From assembly GCF_009914755.1 (NCBI RefSeq), contig NC_060928.1: 64,000 bases of DNA. The stretch is one strand, 5' to 3'. Numbering within the stretch: position 1 is the stretch's first letter; each line of letters opens with the position of its first letter. A program made the translations under genes and the position numbers. Positions 13,633 through 25,687 of this stretch are shown in pieces. The DNA comes from the human T2T-CHM13v2.0 reference genome, Homo sapiens. Under the pieces are notes generated by a model, which worked only from the letters and a program-made list of their open reading frames with translations, had not been told where the DNA came from and did not search any database.

Positions 13633-14594
13633 AGTAGAGCTGTGTTCTAGTATTTCCCCAGACTAACTTTCTGCTCACCCATCTTCTCCAATGTCCCAGT
13701 TCTCCTCTTTGCCTTCCTTTTGGACTTCTTGGTTCCATACCCAGCTGTGAATATTTGCTTCCTGCCCACCAGGCCTTCTAACTTTGATTCGTCATTGGAG
13801 CAGGGTTTCCCAGTTTTGATCACTTCCATACTCTCAACGGGAAGTGTTTTAATCTAGCTTCTTTTTTGTCTATATTTTCTAGGTCTAGCTCTTATAGATC
13901 TCCTGTTAAAGAAGATTCTAATGCTCTACGCTCCTTTAATGATAAAAAAAAAAACCTGTATTGGGTAATGTGAACTTCAGCAAAAGAATAGATATGGGGG
14001 ACGCCAAGGAAGGCACCTCAAGCCATTTTGTTATTTCCATTCAGGTTCTTTTCATCTTTGAGCATTATCATCATCATCATCATACTAAAGCCCTGTACAC
14101 ATATTATGTATGAAAAGGAAGATGTAAGTACTATGGTTTGTAGATCCTGGGGAACTGCTTGATGCCATGAGGCTAGTTTGAATCCTGCTTTTCATTTCTA
14201 ATGGTTCAGACACTGGACATGGGGGCCTGAGGGAGAAGCTGATGACTCACTTTTTCTGTTTGTACCAGTATGCTATTTTTGCATGCAGCTAAGTTTGCCA
14301 GAGAGAGAAAGGTCTTCTGGAGTCCCTCAGTCCTAATGTACTTTAAATGCTATACATAGAGAAGTAGAGAATCCAAGAGCTCAGTTCCCACACACTGGGC
14401 TTGCTCTCTAAAAGCAGAGGGATGTTTGAATTTAGGTATGTGAACCCTCTTAGACTTGAGCTTTTAGGTTTAGGCTATTTCATTTAAGGTGTTACTGCTG
14501 AGGCAAAACATATACTATGAACAATTTGAGTCATGCCCATGGATGTCCCTAGAAGTACAGACAGATCAGAAATGGGACTGAGCTGAGCTCTAAT

Positions 14595-14700
14595 ACAAAC
14601 CTTTAATTTTACCTACAGAAAAATAGAAACTCAGAAAGGTTAAATGCCTAGACAGAATTTATGCAGTTAATTAATGACAGCATCCAGACTTGATTTCAGA
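14595..14700 (-). mobile_element. MIR fragment
   Basis: TTTTACCTACAGAAAAATAGAAACTCAGAAAGGTTAAATGCCT. Confidence 0.55.
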
Positions 14701-15661
14701 CAAAGTAGCCATGGTGTTCTTTGAAAAGCCGTAAAGAAACCGAAGCTCAGAAAGAAAGTCAGTCGCTCTCAGTTGCTTGGAGGAGAGGTGAGTTCTAACT
14801 CAGGAGGCTGGACCTGGGAGGGGAAACACTCCATTCAAGGAGAATGATTCTCCTTCTCCTTGTCTAGACTTTTAGGAGTCCAAATGATAGACAAAGATGA
14901 AAATAGTACCTGTCAAGTCAAGTGCGATCAGGACATAGGAAGAGAAGGAGTCAGGAATAATTCCCTTTCCTTAGGGGTTCCATGTGGATGGAGTGGGCCT
15001 CTTAGATGTTTTGATTTTATAGGACTGTTTATTTCCTTGTTTCTGCTCTTCAGCATTTAGTAAAGGGCCTATTGATTTTCATTATTTTTAATTTCAGCCT
15101 TGCCTCAGCCTCAGCTGGACAATGGGGAGTTCATTGAAAGGGCTTTCTTTTTTCTGTCTGGGCCAGAGTGTTTGAAGATTACTACCCTCTGAGGCCAGCA
15201 GGATGGTGACAATGGAAACAGAGAAGGAGGCGAAGCAAGAGAGGATCTGGAAACAAGTTCAGAGCTCCAGAATCTGGTGCTCCTTCCTCCAGGGTATTTT
15301 CTTTCCAGTGCCAGCCTCAAAGGGATTGATTTTTATTTTTGCGCAAAATCCATTTAGGCCCTAGGTCAAAGGCCTCCTTTCTCACCAAGTCTCCACAATT
15401 TGCCATCTACCCCTTCAATGCTGTCTTCTGTCTTCTATAGTCCCTTAACTGGACAATCACTCCTATGCTTATAGTTTGGCTTGTATTCAAATTAGTTATG
15501 AATAGTTCTGTCCATCCCTTAAGACTGTAATCCTTCCCACAGCAGGGAAAGCATCATTTTTACTCTATAACAATCCTCTCCTCTAGCCCCTGCTCCAATA
15601 GACACCCGATAGACACTGCTAGGTGTCTATTACATACCTGCACCAAGTAACTAATTATACG

Positions 15662-16155
15662 GTAGTGTTTTCCACACTTTTATGATGACAAGAATTATGT
15701 GGTAGAACTGGTTAAAAAAAATTTCTCAGATCCCACCCTGACCCTCTGTATAGGAATGTCCAGGGGCAAAACCTAGGAAGCTGTTTTTTTTTTTTTTTTT
15801 TTTTTTTTTTTTGAGACGGAGTCTCGCTCTGTCGCCCAGGCTGGAGTGCAGTAGTGCGATCTCGGCTCACTGCAAGCTCCGCCTCCTGGGTTCATGCAAT
15901 TCTCCTGCCTCAGCCTCCTGAGTAGCTGGGATTACAGGCGCCCACCACCACGCCTGGCTAATTTTTGTATTTTTAGTAGAGATGGGTTTTCACCATCTTG
16001 GCCAGGCTGGTCTTGAACTCCTGACCTCATGATCTACCCTCCTCGGCCTCCCAAAGTGCTGGATTACAGGCATGAGCCACCGTGCCCAGCCGGGAAGCTA
16101 AATTTTTAACCGGAGTTGCAAGTGACTCTTATCAGCAAAGTTTAGGAAACTCTCT
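15662..16155. mobile_element. MER5A-type hAT-Charlie MITE split by an Alu
   Basis: GTAGTGTTTTCCACAC...CAGATCCCACCCTGACC...AGGAAGCT [Alu] GGAAGCTAAATTTTTAAC...AAGTTTAGGAAAC. Confidence 0.65.
15784..16091 (-). mobile_element. AluS (younger S subfamily) with an uninterrupted 29-nt poly(A) tail
   Basis: T29 at 15784-15812, full dimer, flanking GGAAGCT duplication. Confidence 0.97.
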
Positions 16156-16299
16156 TCCAGAAGGTGAGAAGGAGAGATAGCTCTATGCTGGGGTGGCCTT
16201 TTTGTGTCGAATATATTGGAGATGAGTATTGTGGGGTCAGAGGCTGTCAGAAGGGCAAATTATTACCAAACTTCATTCTTTCTGTTCCCCTGAAGTGAG

Positions 16300-17080
16300 C
16301 TACATGAAGCCCTGCAAAATCGCTCAGGAGCTGCGTAAAATGTCTCTCCTGGCATCCTCATTTGCCCTTGCCGTTGCTTTCAGACATGCAGTTTTTACAG
16401 TGTCTCAGTCCTTGTCTTCACTTCCTGGTCCCCCGAGTCTGAGTGTGATGCTAAAGCGAGAATGTCCTTGAATGTTCTTGATCTCGATGTGTCGGCCACT
16501 CTCGGAAGCCTTCTGTCTGCTCCCCACCCTTCCGGGCAATTCCACGTGTGTGACCCTCTCTCTCTCTCTTTCTTTTTTCTTTCCTTTTTTTTCCCCCTTA
16601 ACTCCCCTCATACTCCATGTCTCTGTTTTCCCCCTGGGCAATGAGTGCAGAAAGAGTTTTTACGCACGCAGTGGTTTCCCACTGCTCTAAAGTCCAAACC
16701 TCTAAATGAGGCCCTGTTCTGCCTACTTGATTCAGACAGAGCCTTCTTTACAAGCAACAAAGATGGACTCAGTGAAAAGGGAGATTATTGGAAGGGTTCT
16801 CGGGGATCTATAGAAGAAACTAGAAGCAGGAGGACCAGACTTAGGAACGGGTAATCAACAGGGGAGCTGATCATCGAAGATTGCAGCAGGGGTCACAACA
16901 GAAGCATGAGCTGGCTGCTGAGGCCTCCGCATTATTTGGCCACTCTTTCAGGATACAAACCCCAGAATTAATTGACAACTGGATAAGCCCAATTCATGTG
17001 CCAGCTTCCTGTTGACCAAGGACAGGGCGGGAAGAGCTGCGCTTGGTTTTTCTTTTTAAGTGATAGACTGGAGCGTTTCA
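16300..17080. promoter_or_regulatory. Candidate enhancer/promoter-like CpG-retaining unique segment
   Basis: About 19 CpGs by manual count in about 760 bp of non-repeat DNA. Contains ETS ACTTCCTG, E-box CACGTG and E2F-like GGCGGGAA. Confidence 0.35.
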
Positions 17081-17265
17081 CCAAGACTTCACTAAGAAGA
17101 GTTTCTCAAAAGGGAGAAAGTGGTGAGATAATAGAAAAAGAAGCTTGGTTGTCAAAGAACTTAAAATTGATGTGTCTTCTATGACAATGCTCCAGCCTTA
17201 AAAAAATGGAAGTGTTTGGAGAAAAATATAAATTACACAAAACTCAAAGGCTTTTTAAAAATTAA

Positions 17266-17622
17266 TGTATTAGTCTGTTCTCATGCTGCTAAGAAAGACA
17301 TATCTGAGACTGGGTAATTTATAAAGGAAAGAGGCTCAGTGGACTCACAGTTCTACATGGCTGGGGAAGCCTCACAATCACGTCAGAAGGCAAAGGAGAA
17401 GCAGAGTCATGTCTTACGTGGCAGCAGGTAAGAGAAGTGCTGAACAAAATGGGACAAAGCCCCTTATAAAACCATCAGATATCCTGAGACTTGTTCACTA
17501 CCACGAAAACACTATGGGAGAAACCACTCCATGATTCAATTATCTCCACTTAGCCATGCCCTGCGTGGGGATTATTACAATTCAAGGTGAGATTTGGGTA
17601 GGGACACAGCCAAACCATATCA
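17266..17622 (-). mobile_element. THE1 (B/C) solo LTR (MaLR)
   Basis: TGTATTAGTCTGTTCTCATGCTGCT ... GGGACACAGCCAAACCATATCA. 5-bp TSD ATTAA/ATGAA. Confidence 0.94.
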
Positions 17623-18039
17623 ATGAATGCACCAAGTGGCCTTGTCTTCCTCTCTTTCCCTCTTTTTGCTCCCCCTCCTCCCATTTCCTCTTTTTCTCTT
17701 CTCTCTCTTTGCCTCTTTTTCTCCTTTCTCCCTGTCATTTTACTGGCAGTTATGTTCTTCTGTTCAGTATTAGGAAAGTTCCAGATGAACTTGGAGGAGG
17801 AAGTGGAAAAGTAAGACTCTAAGTTGTGAGAAAGGAAATTGGGATGAGGTGTGTCCATGGGAGTTAACGAATTAAAACCACTAAGAGTTTATCATCTTGC
17901 TTTAGCGTTGATTTGGGGTTCTTCTTTCCAATCCACAGCACACAGAGATGTTCATTTAAAATAGGTCCTTAGAGTTTGAGGGTCCTTCTAACATTTAACT
18001 CAGAGATTTCCCTGCAGATATTCCTCTGTAAGAAAATAA

Positions 18040-18420
18040 TCTAGAAAAATTGGGGAAAAAGTTTATACAGAAAAATGCTCATTTCAGCTTTATTTATAAC
18101 AGCCTTCAAATTGGAAACAACCTAAATGGGATGAGTATCTCCATGGTATGCTCACTTTATGGTATATTATGCTTACAAAGCATTTAAAACTTGGAAAATG
18201 TTTATTAAAAAGTGAAGTGAAAAAGCCAGTGCATAAAATGCTGCATAAAATATAATCACAATTACATAGAATAAGCTAAAAGAATAAAAACTTATCAAGT
18301 GAGAAAACACAGAAGTTAGACACAGCACTGTTACAGGGATTGCTTTTAGATAATAGGAGTCTTGGTGATTGACTTAAAAATATTTTTGTTTGTCGCCTTT
18401 TGCATGTCTTTGATCTTCAA
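18040..18420 (+). mobile_element. L1ME-like 3' fragment
   Basis: CAGCTTTATTTATAACAGCC...AATTGGAAACAACCTAAATG and AAGTGAAAAAGCCAG. Confidence 0.65.
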
Positions 18421-18599
18421 AAATGCATTGAGCACACATTGAGCACACTAAAACAAGATGCATGCATTTCTTTACACCAGAATAAAATCAACTTTTGTTA
18501 ACAACCAAAGGAGAAAATGTCCTTGCTTAAACAATGGACCCACGGCTTCCAGTTTTCACGGAATCTTCTGAGATAGCTGCTCTCTTGCTGAGTTCACCA

Positions 18600-19000
18600 T
18601 AGTGCTCGTGTAATCAAATCCAGTAGGCATACTGTGCCCTCATTTTCCTCAACCCTCCAGCAGTATTTAATGTGGTTAATCCGTCTTTCTTGACACGCTA
18701 TCATTTTTTCCTGGAAACCCGCCTGCTTCTCTTGCCACCCTTGACCCTTGCCTCCTTCTCAGTTCTCCTTGTTCATTTCTTCCTTTTGTACCCAAACTCT
18801 AAATGTTACACTCCCCTCCTAGTTACACTTGCTTTTGTCACCAAAGGCATCCCATCCACTCCTTCTATATTCAGACACCTTCTTGGTTTATGAATCTGCC
18901 CTTCTCTCCCTTGTGATCACTTATCTAGCTGCTTCCTTGACATCCTTGTTTGGATGTCCCCAAAATATTTCAAACTTACATCCAAAATGAAACTCTTCAA
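18600..19000 (+). mobile_element. L2 ORF2 remnant
   Basis: Pyrimidine-rich L2 motifs (CCTTGACATCCTTGTTTGGATGTCCC...TCAAACTTACATCCAAAATGAAACTC). Confidence 0.65.
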
Positions 19001-19749
19001 GGTAAGTCTATGACATAGAGACTGAATGAAGGTCCATGTGTCAAGTGATATAGTAAACATTGGTGTAATATAATTTTCTTATTTTTTCAATTTAAAAATG
19101 TGTGAAAGTAGAAGCTCTAATATTTTCTTCCTGAATCTCAATGGATCGTATTGCTTACTCCTTAAAATACAAATTACCTTCTTAAAGACCAGTGTTTGCA
19201 TTGCCAAAATCATAGATGATTCTCTTCTCTGGAATCTTCAGATTCTCTGTCTTTTAAAATTAGAAGTGCAACAAAAATTCCAGGTTCTGATGAGACTTGC
19301 AAAATAAAAGGATTTTTCTACTGTCACTTTATTTTATATGTTATGCAATGTTAAGCGACATTTATATAGTACTCAAATTATTTCCAATCCCCTGTATATG
19401 ATGTTTTTAAGTAAGGTCCTACGCCATTTGAACACCACTCATCCACTCCCACACCAATGTTTACAGGAGAAGGACACAGAAAGTTTTGACCATAACCAGC
19501 AAATTTTTTTTTTTAACCAATTAAACATGACAACATAATTTTTGGAGAGGTTTTTGTTACAGGGACTTTGTGACATACCTATTCAAGTTCTAGCTGTTTG
19601 CACTGTGTCTTAAAGGAGCTGCAACTATCTTGATGTATTTATTAATTACATGTTTCTATTTCTTCCAAAAATAAAGGTAAACATAATTACATGCTGAGTG
19701 TTGTTCAGCTTTGGGGTTCTAAAAAGGTAATTTGAACCAGATTCCTTTA

Positions 19750-19920
19750 GTCTCTTGTTACTTAAAATGTGATGCATCAACTAGCAACATTGGCATCACC
19801 TGGGGCTGTATTAGAACTCACATTCTCAGGCTCCACCCAGATCTGATGAATCACAACCCACATTTTGAACAAGATCCCTATGTGACTTGTTTGCACACTA
19901 AACTCTGAGAAGCTGTGATC
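19750..19920. mobile_element. MER5A
   Basis: GCAACATTGGCATCACCTGGGG...ATTCTCAGGCTCCACCCAGATCTGATGAATCA...AACAAGATCCC. Confidence 0.85.
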
Positions 19921-20031
19921 TAGAACTGTAAGCCTTTCGACTTCTTAAAATCTAGCTTCATATTGCTATCATTCACTCAAATTCTATGTATTATGATTCT
20001 GACTCTGTAGCTTTTACTTGATAAAACATCA

Positions 20032-20326
<295 letters not shown>

Positions 20327-20668
20327 CATAAGTTTAGAAATTATTTAACAAATTCAGCAGAAAGAAAAATTATTTAAAATTAGAAAAATGGTTTAAACAG
20401 ATATTTCACTGAAGAAAACATGATGGCAAAAGCATGTGGAAAGAGGTACATCATTAGTCATTAGGTGAATGCAAATTAAAACAACAATAAGATGACACTA
20501 CACAAGTATTAGAATTGCAATAATAATAATAATAACCACAACAATAATACTTAACAATATTAAGAGTTGATGAGGTTGTAGACTCTCTACTGGTCTAGTA
20601 CTCTCATACATTGCAAATGGAATTGCAAAATTGTATAGTCACTTTGAAAAACAGTTTGGCAGTTTCTT

Positions 20669-21650
20669 TTGCTTAAACTTTTATTTTAGGTTCAGGATTA
20701 CATGGGTAGGTTTATTGTATAGATAGACTCACCTCATGGGAGTTTCTTGTGCAGATTATTTCATCACCCAGGTACTAAGCCTAGTACACAGTAGTCATTT
20801 TATCTGATCCTCTCCCTCCTCCTACCCTCCACCCTCAAGTAGAACCCAGTGTCTGTTGTTCCCCTCTTTGTGTCCATGTGTTCTCATCATTTAACTCCCA
20901 CTTAGAAGTGAGAACATATCGCATTTGGCTCTCTATTCCTGCATTTGTTTGCTAAAGATAATAGCCTCTAGCTCCATCCGTGTTCCTGCAAAGGACATGA
21001 TCTCATTCTTTCTTTATGACTTTCTTTATGACTGCATAGTATTCCATGGTGCGTGTATATATATATATATCACATATATATCACATTTTTTAATCCAGTC
21101 TACCATTGATGAGTATGTAGGTTGATTCCATGTTGCTATTGTGAATAGTGCTGCAATGAACATATGTGTGTTCTTTTTAATAAAATGATTTATATTCCTT
21201 TGGGTATATACCCAGTAATGGGATTGCTGGGTGGAATGTTACTTCTGTTTTTAGCTCTTTGAGGAATTATCACACTGCTTTCCACAATGGTTGAGAAAAT
21301 TTATACTCCCACCAACTGTGTATATGTGTTTGCTTTTCTGCATAACCTTGCCAGCATCTGTTATTTTTTGACCTTTTTTTTTGAGACAGAGTCTTACTCT
21401 GTCACCCAGGCTAGAGTACAGTGGCATGATCTTGGCTCACTGTAAGCTCTGCCTCCTGTGTTCAAGTGATTCTCCTGCCTCAGCCTCCCAAGTAGCTAAT
21501 TTTTGTATTTTTAGTAGAGATGGGTTTCACCACGTTGGCCGGGCTGGTCTCGAACTCCTGACCTCAGATGATCCATCCAGCTCGGCCTCCCAAAGTGCTG
21601 GGATTATAGGCATAAGCCACCGTGCTCAACACTTGACTTTTTAATAATGT
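20669..21650 (-). mobile_element. L1PA13-16-like 3' fragment nested in L1M
   Basis: AACTTTTATTTTAGGTTCAGG, CAGATTATTTCATCACCCAGGTACTAAGCCTAG. 16-bp TSD AGTTTGGCAGTTTCTT (20653-20668) / AGTTTGGCAATTTCTT (21651-21666). Confidence 0.93.
21374..21630 (-). mobile_element. AluS with internal deletion, nested in L1PA
   Basis: Alu dimer lacking about 30 nt after CCCAAGTAGCT. Flanking TTGAC(C/T)TTTT duplication. Confidence 0.94.
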
Positions 21651-22165
21651 AGTTTGGCAATTTCTTATAAATGTAAACTCATACTCATCATATGATTCAA
21701 CAATCCTACTCACAGGTATTTATTCAAGTGAAGTGAATTTATGTCATAGAAAAGCTCGTAAATGTTTAGAGCAGTTTCATCAGTAGTCACCAAAACCTGA
21801 AAATACCCCAAATGTTCTTTAACTAATGCATGGACAAATACTGGTATATCCATATAATACAATGCTATAGGACTATAAAAAAGAACAAATTACAGAGATA
21901 TATAAAAACATGGATGAATCCACAATACATTATCCATTATACTAAATGAATACAGCTACACATTTGTATGACATTCTGGAAAAGATAACGCTATGGGGAT
22001 GAAGAGCTGACAGTGGTTGCCAGAGGTTCAAGATAGGTGGAGGTGGAGTATTTGAATATAAAGAAATAGTCTTTGTTGTGTATCACTGGAGTTACACTGT
22101 AGTCTGATTGGGAAAGTAGCTACATGACTCTAGCCATTTGCCAAATCTCATAAAACTGTATATCA

Positions 22166-22484
22166 GTCTGGGTGCAGTGGCTCATGCCTGTAATCCCAGC
22201 ACTTTGGGAGACTGACGTGGGAGGATCCCTTAAACCCAGTTGGAAATCATCTTATGCAACATAACAAGACCTCATAGCTACTAAAATACAAACAAACAAA
22301 CAAACAAAAAATTAGCCAGGCATGGCTAATTATGATTGGCATATGCCTGTAGTCCAAGCTACATGAGAGGCTAAGTCAAGAGAATCACTTGAACCCAGGA
22401 GTGTGAGACTACATTGAGCCATGATTGTGCCACTGCACTCCAGCTTGAGCAACAGAGCAAGCTTCTATTTCAAACAAATGAACA
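22166..22484 (+). mobile_element. AluJ
   Basis: GGGAGGATCCCTTAAACCCAG and GAGCCATGATTGTGCCACTG. TSD AAAACTGTATATCA (22152-22165) / AAAACTGTGTATCA (22485-22498). Confidence 0.92.
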
Positions 22485-22507
22485 AAAACTGTGTATCAGA
22501 AGAAGGA

Positions 22508-22781
22508 GGCTGGGCACGGTGGCTCACGCCTGTAATCCCAGCACTTAGAGAGGCTGAGGATGGAGGATTGCTAGAGCATAGGAGTTCAAGACCAGCCTGG
22601 GCAACATGGGGAAATGCTGTCTCTACAAAAAAATGCAAAATTAGCCAGGCATAAAGGCATGCACCTGTTAGTCCCAGCTACTGGGGTGGGAGAATTGGTT
22701 GAGCCCAGGAAGTGGAGGTTGCAGTGAGTTGAGAACACGCCATTGTATTCCAGCCCCAGTGACAAAGTAAGACCCTGCCTC
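22508..22781 (+). mobile_element. AluJ whose tail became a GAA-rich repeat
   Basis: GGAGGATTGCTAGAGCATAGGAGTTCAAGACCAGCCTGGGCAACAT, followed directly by the GAA tract. Confidence 0.92.
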
Positions 22782-23020
22782 AAGAAGAAGAAGAAGGAAG
22801 AAGAAAGACAAAAAGAAAGAGAAGGAGGAGGAGGAGGAGAAGGAGAAAGAAGGAGAAGAAGGAGAAGGAGAAGAAGAAGAAGAAGAAGAAGAAGAAGAAG
22901 AAGAAGAAGAAGAAGAAGAAGAAGAAGAAGAAGAAGAAGGGAAGAAGAAGAAGAAGAAGGAGAAGAAGAGGAAGGAAGAGGAAGAAGAAGAAGAAGAGAA
23001 GAAGAAGAAAAGGAGGAGGA
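22782..23020 (+). repeat. Compound (GAA)n/(GGA)n polypurine tract containing pure (GAA)23
   Basis: Only purines from 22810 to 23020. Uninterrupted GAA at 22870-22938. Confidence 0.97.
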
Positions 23021-23944
23021 CACTTTATTGCATGTAAATTAAAAGTAAATTTACAGGAATTATTTATTATTTGCAGTGCATGCTCTTTATTCTTGAGCCA
23101 AAGAGACATAGCTTAACTAAAGCTAACTATGATCAGTGATGTCACATAATGGCAATTGTGACAGTGAGTTTGTGGCCCTTTATCCCTTATCACCCTTCCA
23201 ATCACATCGCTGTGATTGAGTGCAGACTGCTTCCTTTGTTTGTTTTCATGCTCCCCCTTTGATTACTCTCTCTTTTCTGAGCTGTATTCTCCTTCCCTGT
23301 AAGTAAAGTACGACCTGTAAAACACAAGAGGAAATGGGAGCATAAAAATTTGCATAATGTAATGAAACTGCTGTATCATGAGCTTTCTTTCTTTGGTTAT
23401 GTTCGAATGAAAACAAAGGTATACCTCTGAATCGGAGTTTGGAGTGTTAGCCCTGGAAACTGGAATGAATAAAATAGGCCAGTAAGGCTTGCGTGCCTTA
23501 CAACTTTAATGCAGCCATGTGCTGTACTGTTTATGGGTAAAGCACCTGGCATCACAGTCCTTCCTGGACTGGCCTTTATCTCAGGTAAGTGAGGCCTTTC
23601 CTGTTGAATCTCTTCCAGGCAGATGTGCAGGGAAAGATGATAGCCTGGCCCATGGCTGAATGATTACTTCTCATCCATGGAATTCATTTTCATATCTGGA
23701 ATGCTGCATAATCTGGTGAATAAAGCACTAAACTGGAAATCCAGGATATACAGTTTGTGAGGACTTGCTGACTGCACTTATGTGATCATCTTAACAGCTT
23801 AATGCTTGAATTAACTCAATCAGTATCATGGTTGGTAATTTGTAGTAAAAATTCTGACAACTTATACATGGTTTAAATTTATAAAGTGCTTTTATGCAGT
23901 TTAACTCTTTTAATCTTCAGGTTCAGATGGGAAAAAAAAATTGG

Positions 23945-24326
<382 letters not shown>

Positions 24327-25064
24327 TCATATTCATCCTGTGAAGACACTTTAAGTAACACAGCAGATTTGATCTTGGACCTTTCATGACCCTGAATCAT
24401 AACATTCAAGACCTGACTTTCTCTTTTTCTTACTTAGTATTTTTTTTTTAAGATTATAGATGAAGGTAAAGGTCACTCAGCCTGTTAATTGCATCTTTAG
24501 AAAATTGGGCCATAAGCTTGTGAAATATGACTCCATGGAATTGGAATGTGTTGATGCTCACGACATGTATATAAGGGGATGAATTGTTTCATAGATATAG
24601 TGACAGGTGAGGGAGAATAAATAGAGGCTGTTTATGAGGTGCTTTGAATTCTTTAGGGTCAATAAAGTGATTACAAAGTCACATTGGTCAATGAGACATA
24701 AAAAGAAAGTAAAAATAAAATGGGGCACAATTACAGTTTGGGTGATGGGTTAAAGTCTAAGTTAGGCATATTTTAGTGGAAAAAATTAAAATGCTTGATT
24801 AATCTTAAAGCTAAATTAGAAATGTAGTTGTGAACTTCATGACCTTGAATATAAGTCATTTTTTTTTCAGTTATTTCTGTCTTTCTGTCCCCCAGTACTT
24901 ATGGACAGTGAGTGGCCACATCTTATGCCCTAATACGAATTAGTTCTTGAACTACAGAGAACAAAGGCTCCTTGGAGATCAATTGATTCCATGCCTTGGG
25001 TGCCTCGGGATGAAGCAAAATTTGGATAGATTATGAGCTGGAGTGGCTGCCAGAAAACAAGGAA

Positions 25065-25240
25065 ATTGTAGCAATGTGTAGAGTTGTACCAAAAGGACAA
25101 AGGAGATAGCTTAACAAGACCCCCACTAGCCAAGATGCAACAATTTGAGCATCCAAAGGGAGAAACTATAACTAGTTGGGATGAATTGAGTCTATAAGAA
25201 AGCCATGACATTCAAAGAGGAAATAATTTAATTACAGTGT
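25065..25240 (+). mobile_element. L1MC3/4-like 3' UTR fragment
   Basis: CCCACTAGCCAAGATGCAACAATTTGAGCATC resembles L1MC CCCAATGGCCAAAGCTGGAACAATTTGAGCAAC. Confidence 0.6.
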
Positions 25241-25687
25241 ATGAGATGATAATTATACTACAAAAAAGGGTGAAAGCAATTTTTCAATTAACTAAAATTA
25301 GTAGGGGACTATTGATGTATTTGTTTTGTTTTTCCAAGTACATGTTTATAGGTATTAATATGTTGGTTTTTTGTTCTGTTTTACTTTGTTTTTTACTTAC
25401 CTCTGTGTGTAGTATGGAAGGAGATGCAAAAAGTGTCTGAAAGGAGGGAGGAATTGCACTAAGAACAGCTAGGGACCATCACCTCAAGGAACCGTAGACA
25501 AGAACCAGGTGGATAGAGTGTAAATGGGTTTGCTACATGATGGACTGGTCAAAATTTAGAATGAAGACTGACAGATCGACTCAGCCTTGTATCTCCTAGC
25601 AAATAAAACCTATGGAAGACTCAAACAACTTTACAGAGATACAAAAGTTACACAATGACTTAAGTTATACATTGAGGTTAAACATCG

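Larger units (their letters stand above)
20370..23050 (+). mobile_element. Old L1MD/ME 3' region hosting four later insertions
   Basis: GAATGCAAATTAAAACAACAATAAGATG, ACTTTGAAAAACAGTTTGGCAGTTTCTT, TGTATGACATTCTGGAAAAG, and terminal TTTATTGCATGTAAATTAAAAG. Confidence 0.85.

Noticed and set aside
22782-23020. Possible identity with the FXN or FGF14 disease GAA loci
   Set aside because: The FXN repeat lies in the middle of an AluS, whereas this one is an AluJ tail. The flanks do not match what I recall of either locus.
22586-23109. ORFs with poly-Leu, poly-Arg/Glu and poly-Phe runs (99-145 aa)
   Set aside because: Translations of the GAA/TTC tract and adjacent Alu. No gene structure.
25500-25680. 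Possible ancient repeat remnant (GACAGATCGACTCAGCCTTG)
   Set aside because: Match too short to assign a family without an HMM search.
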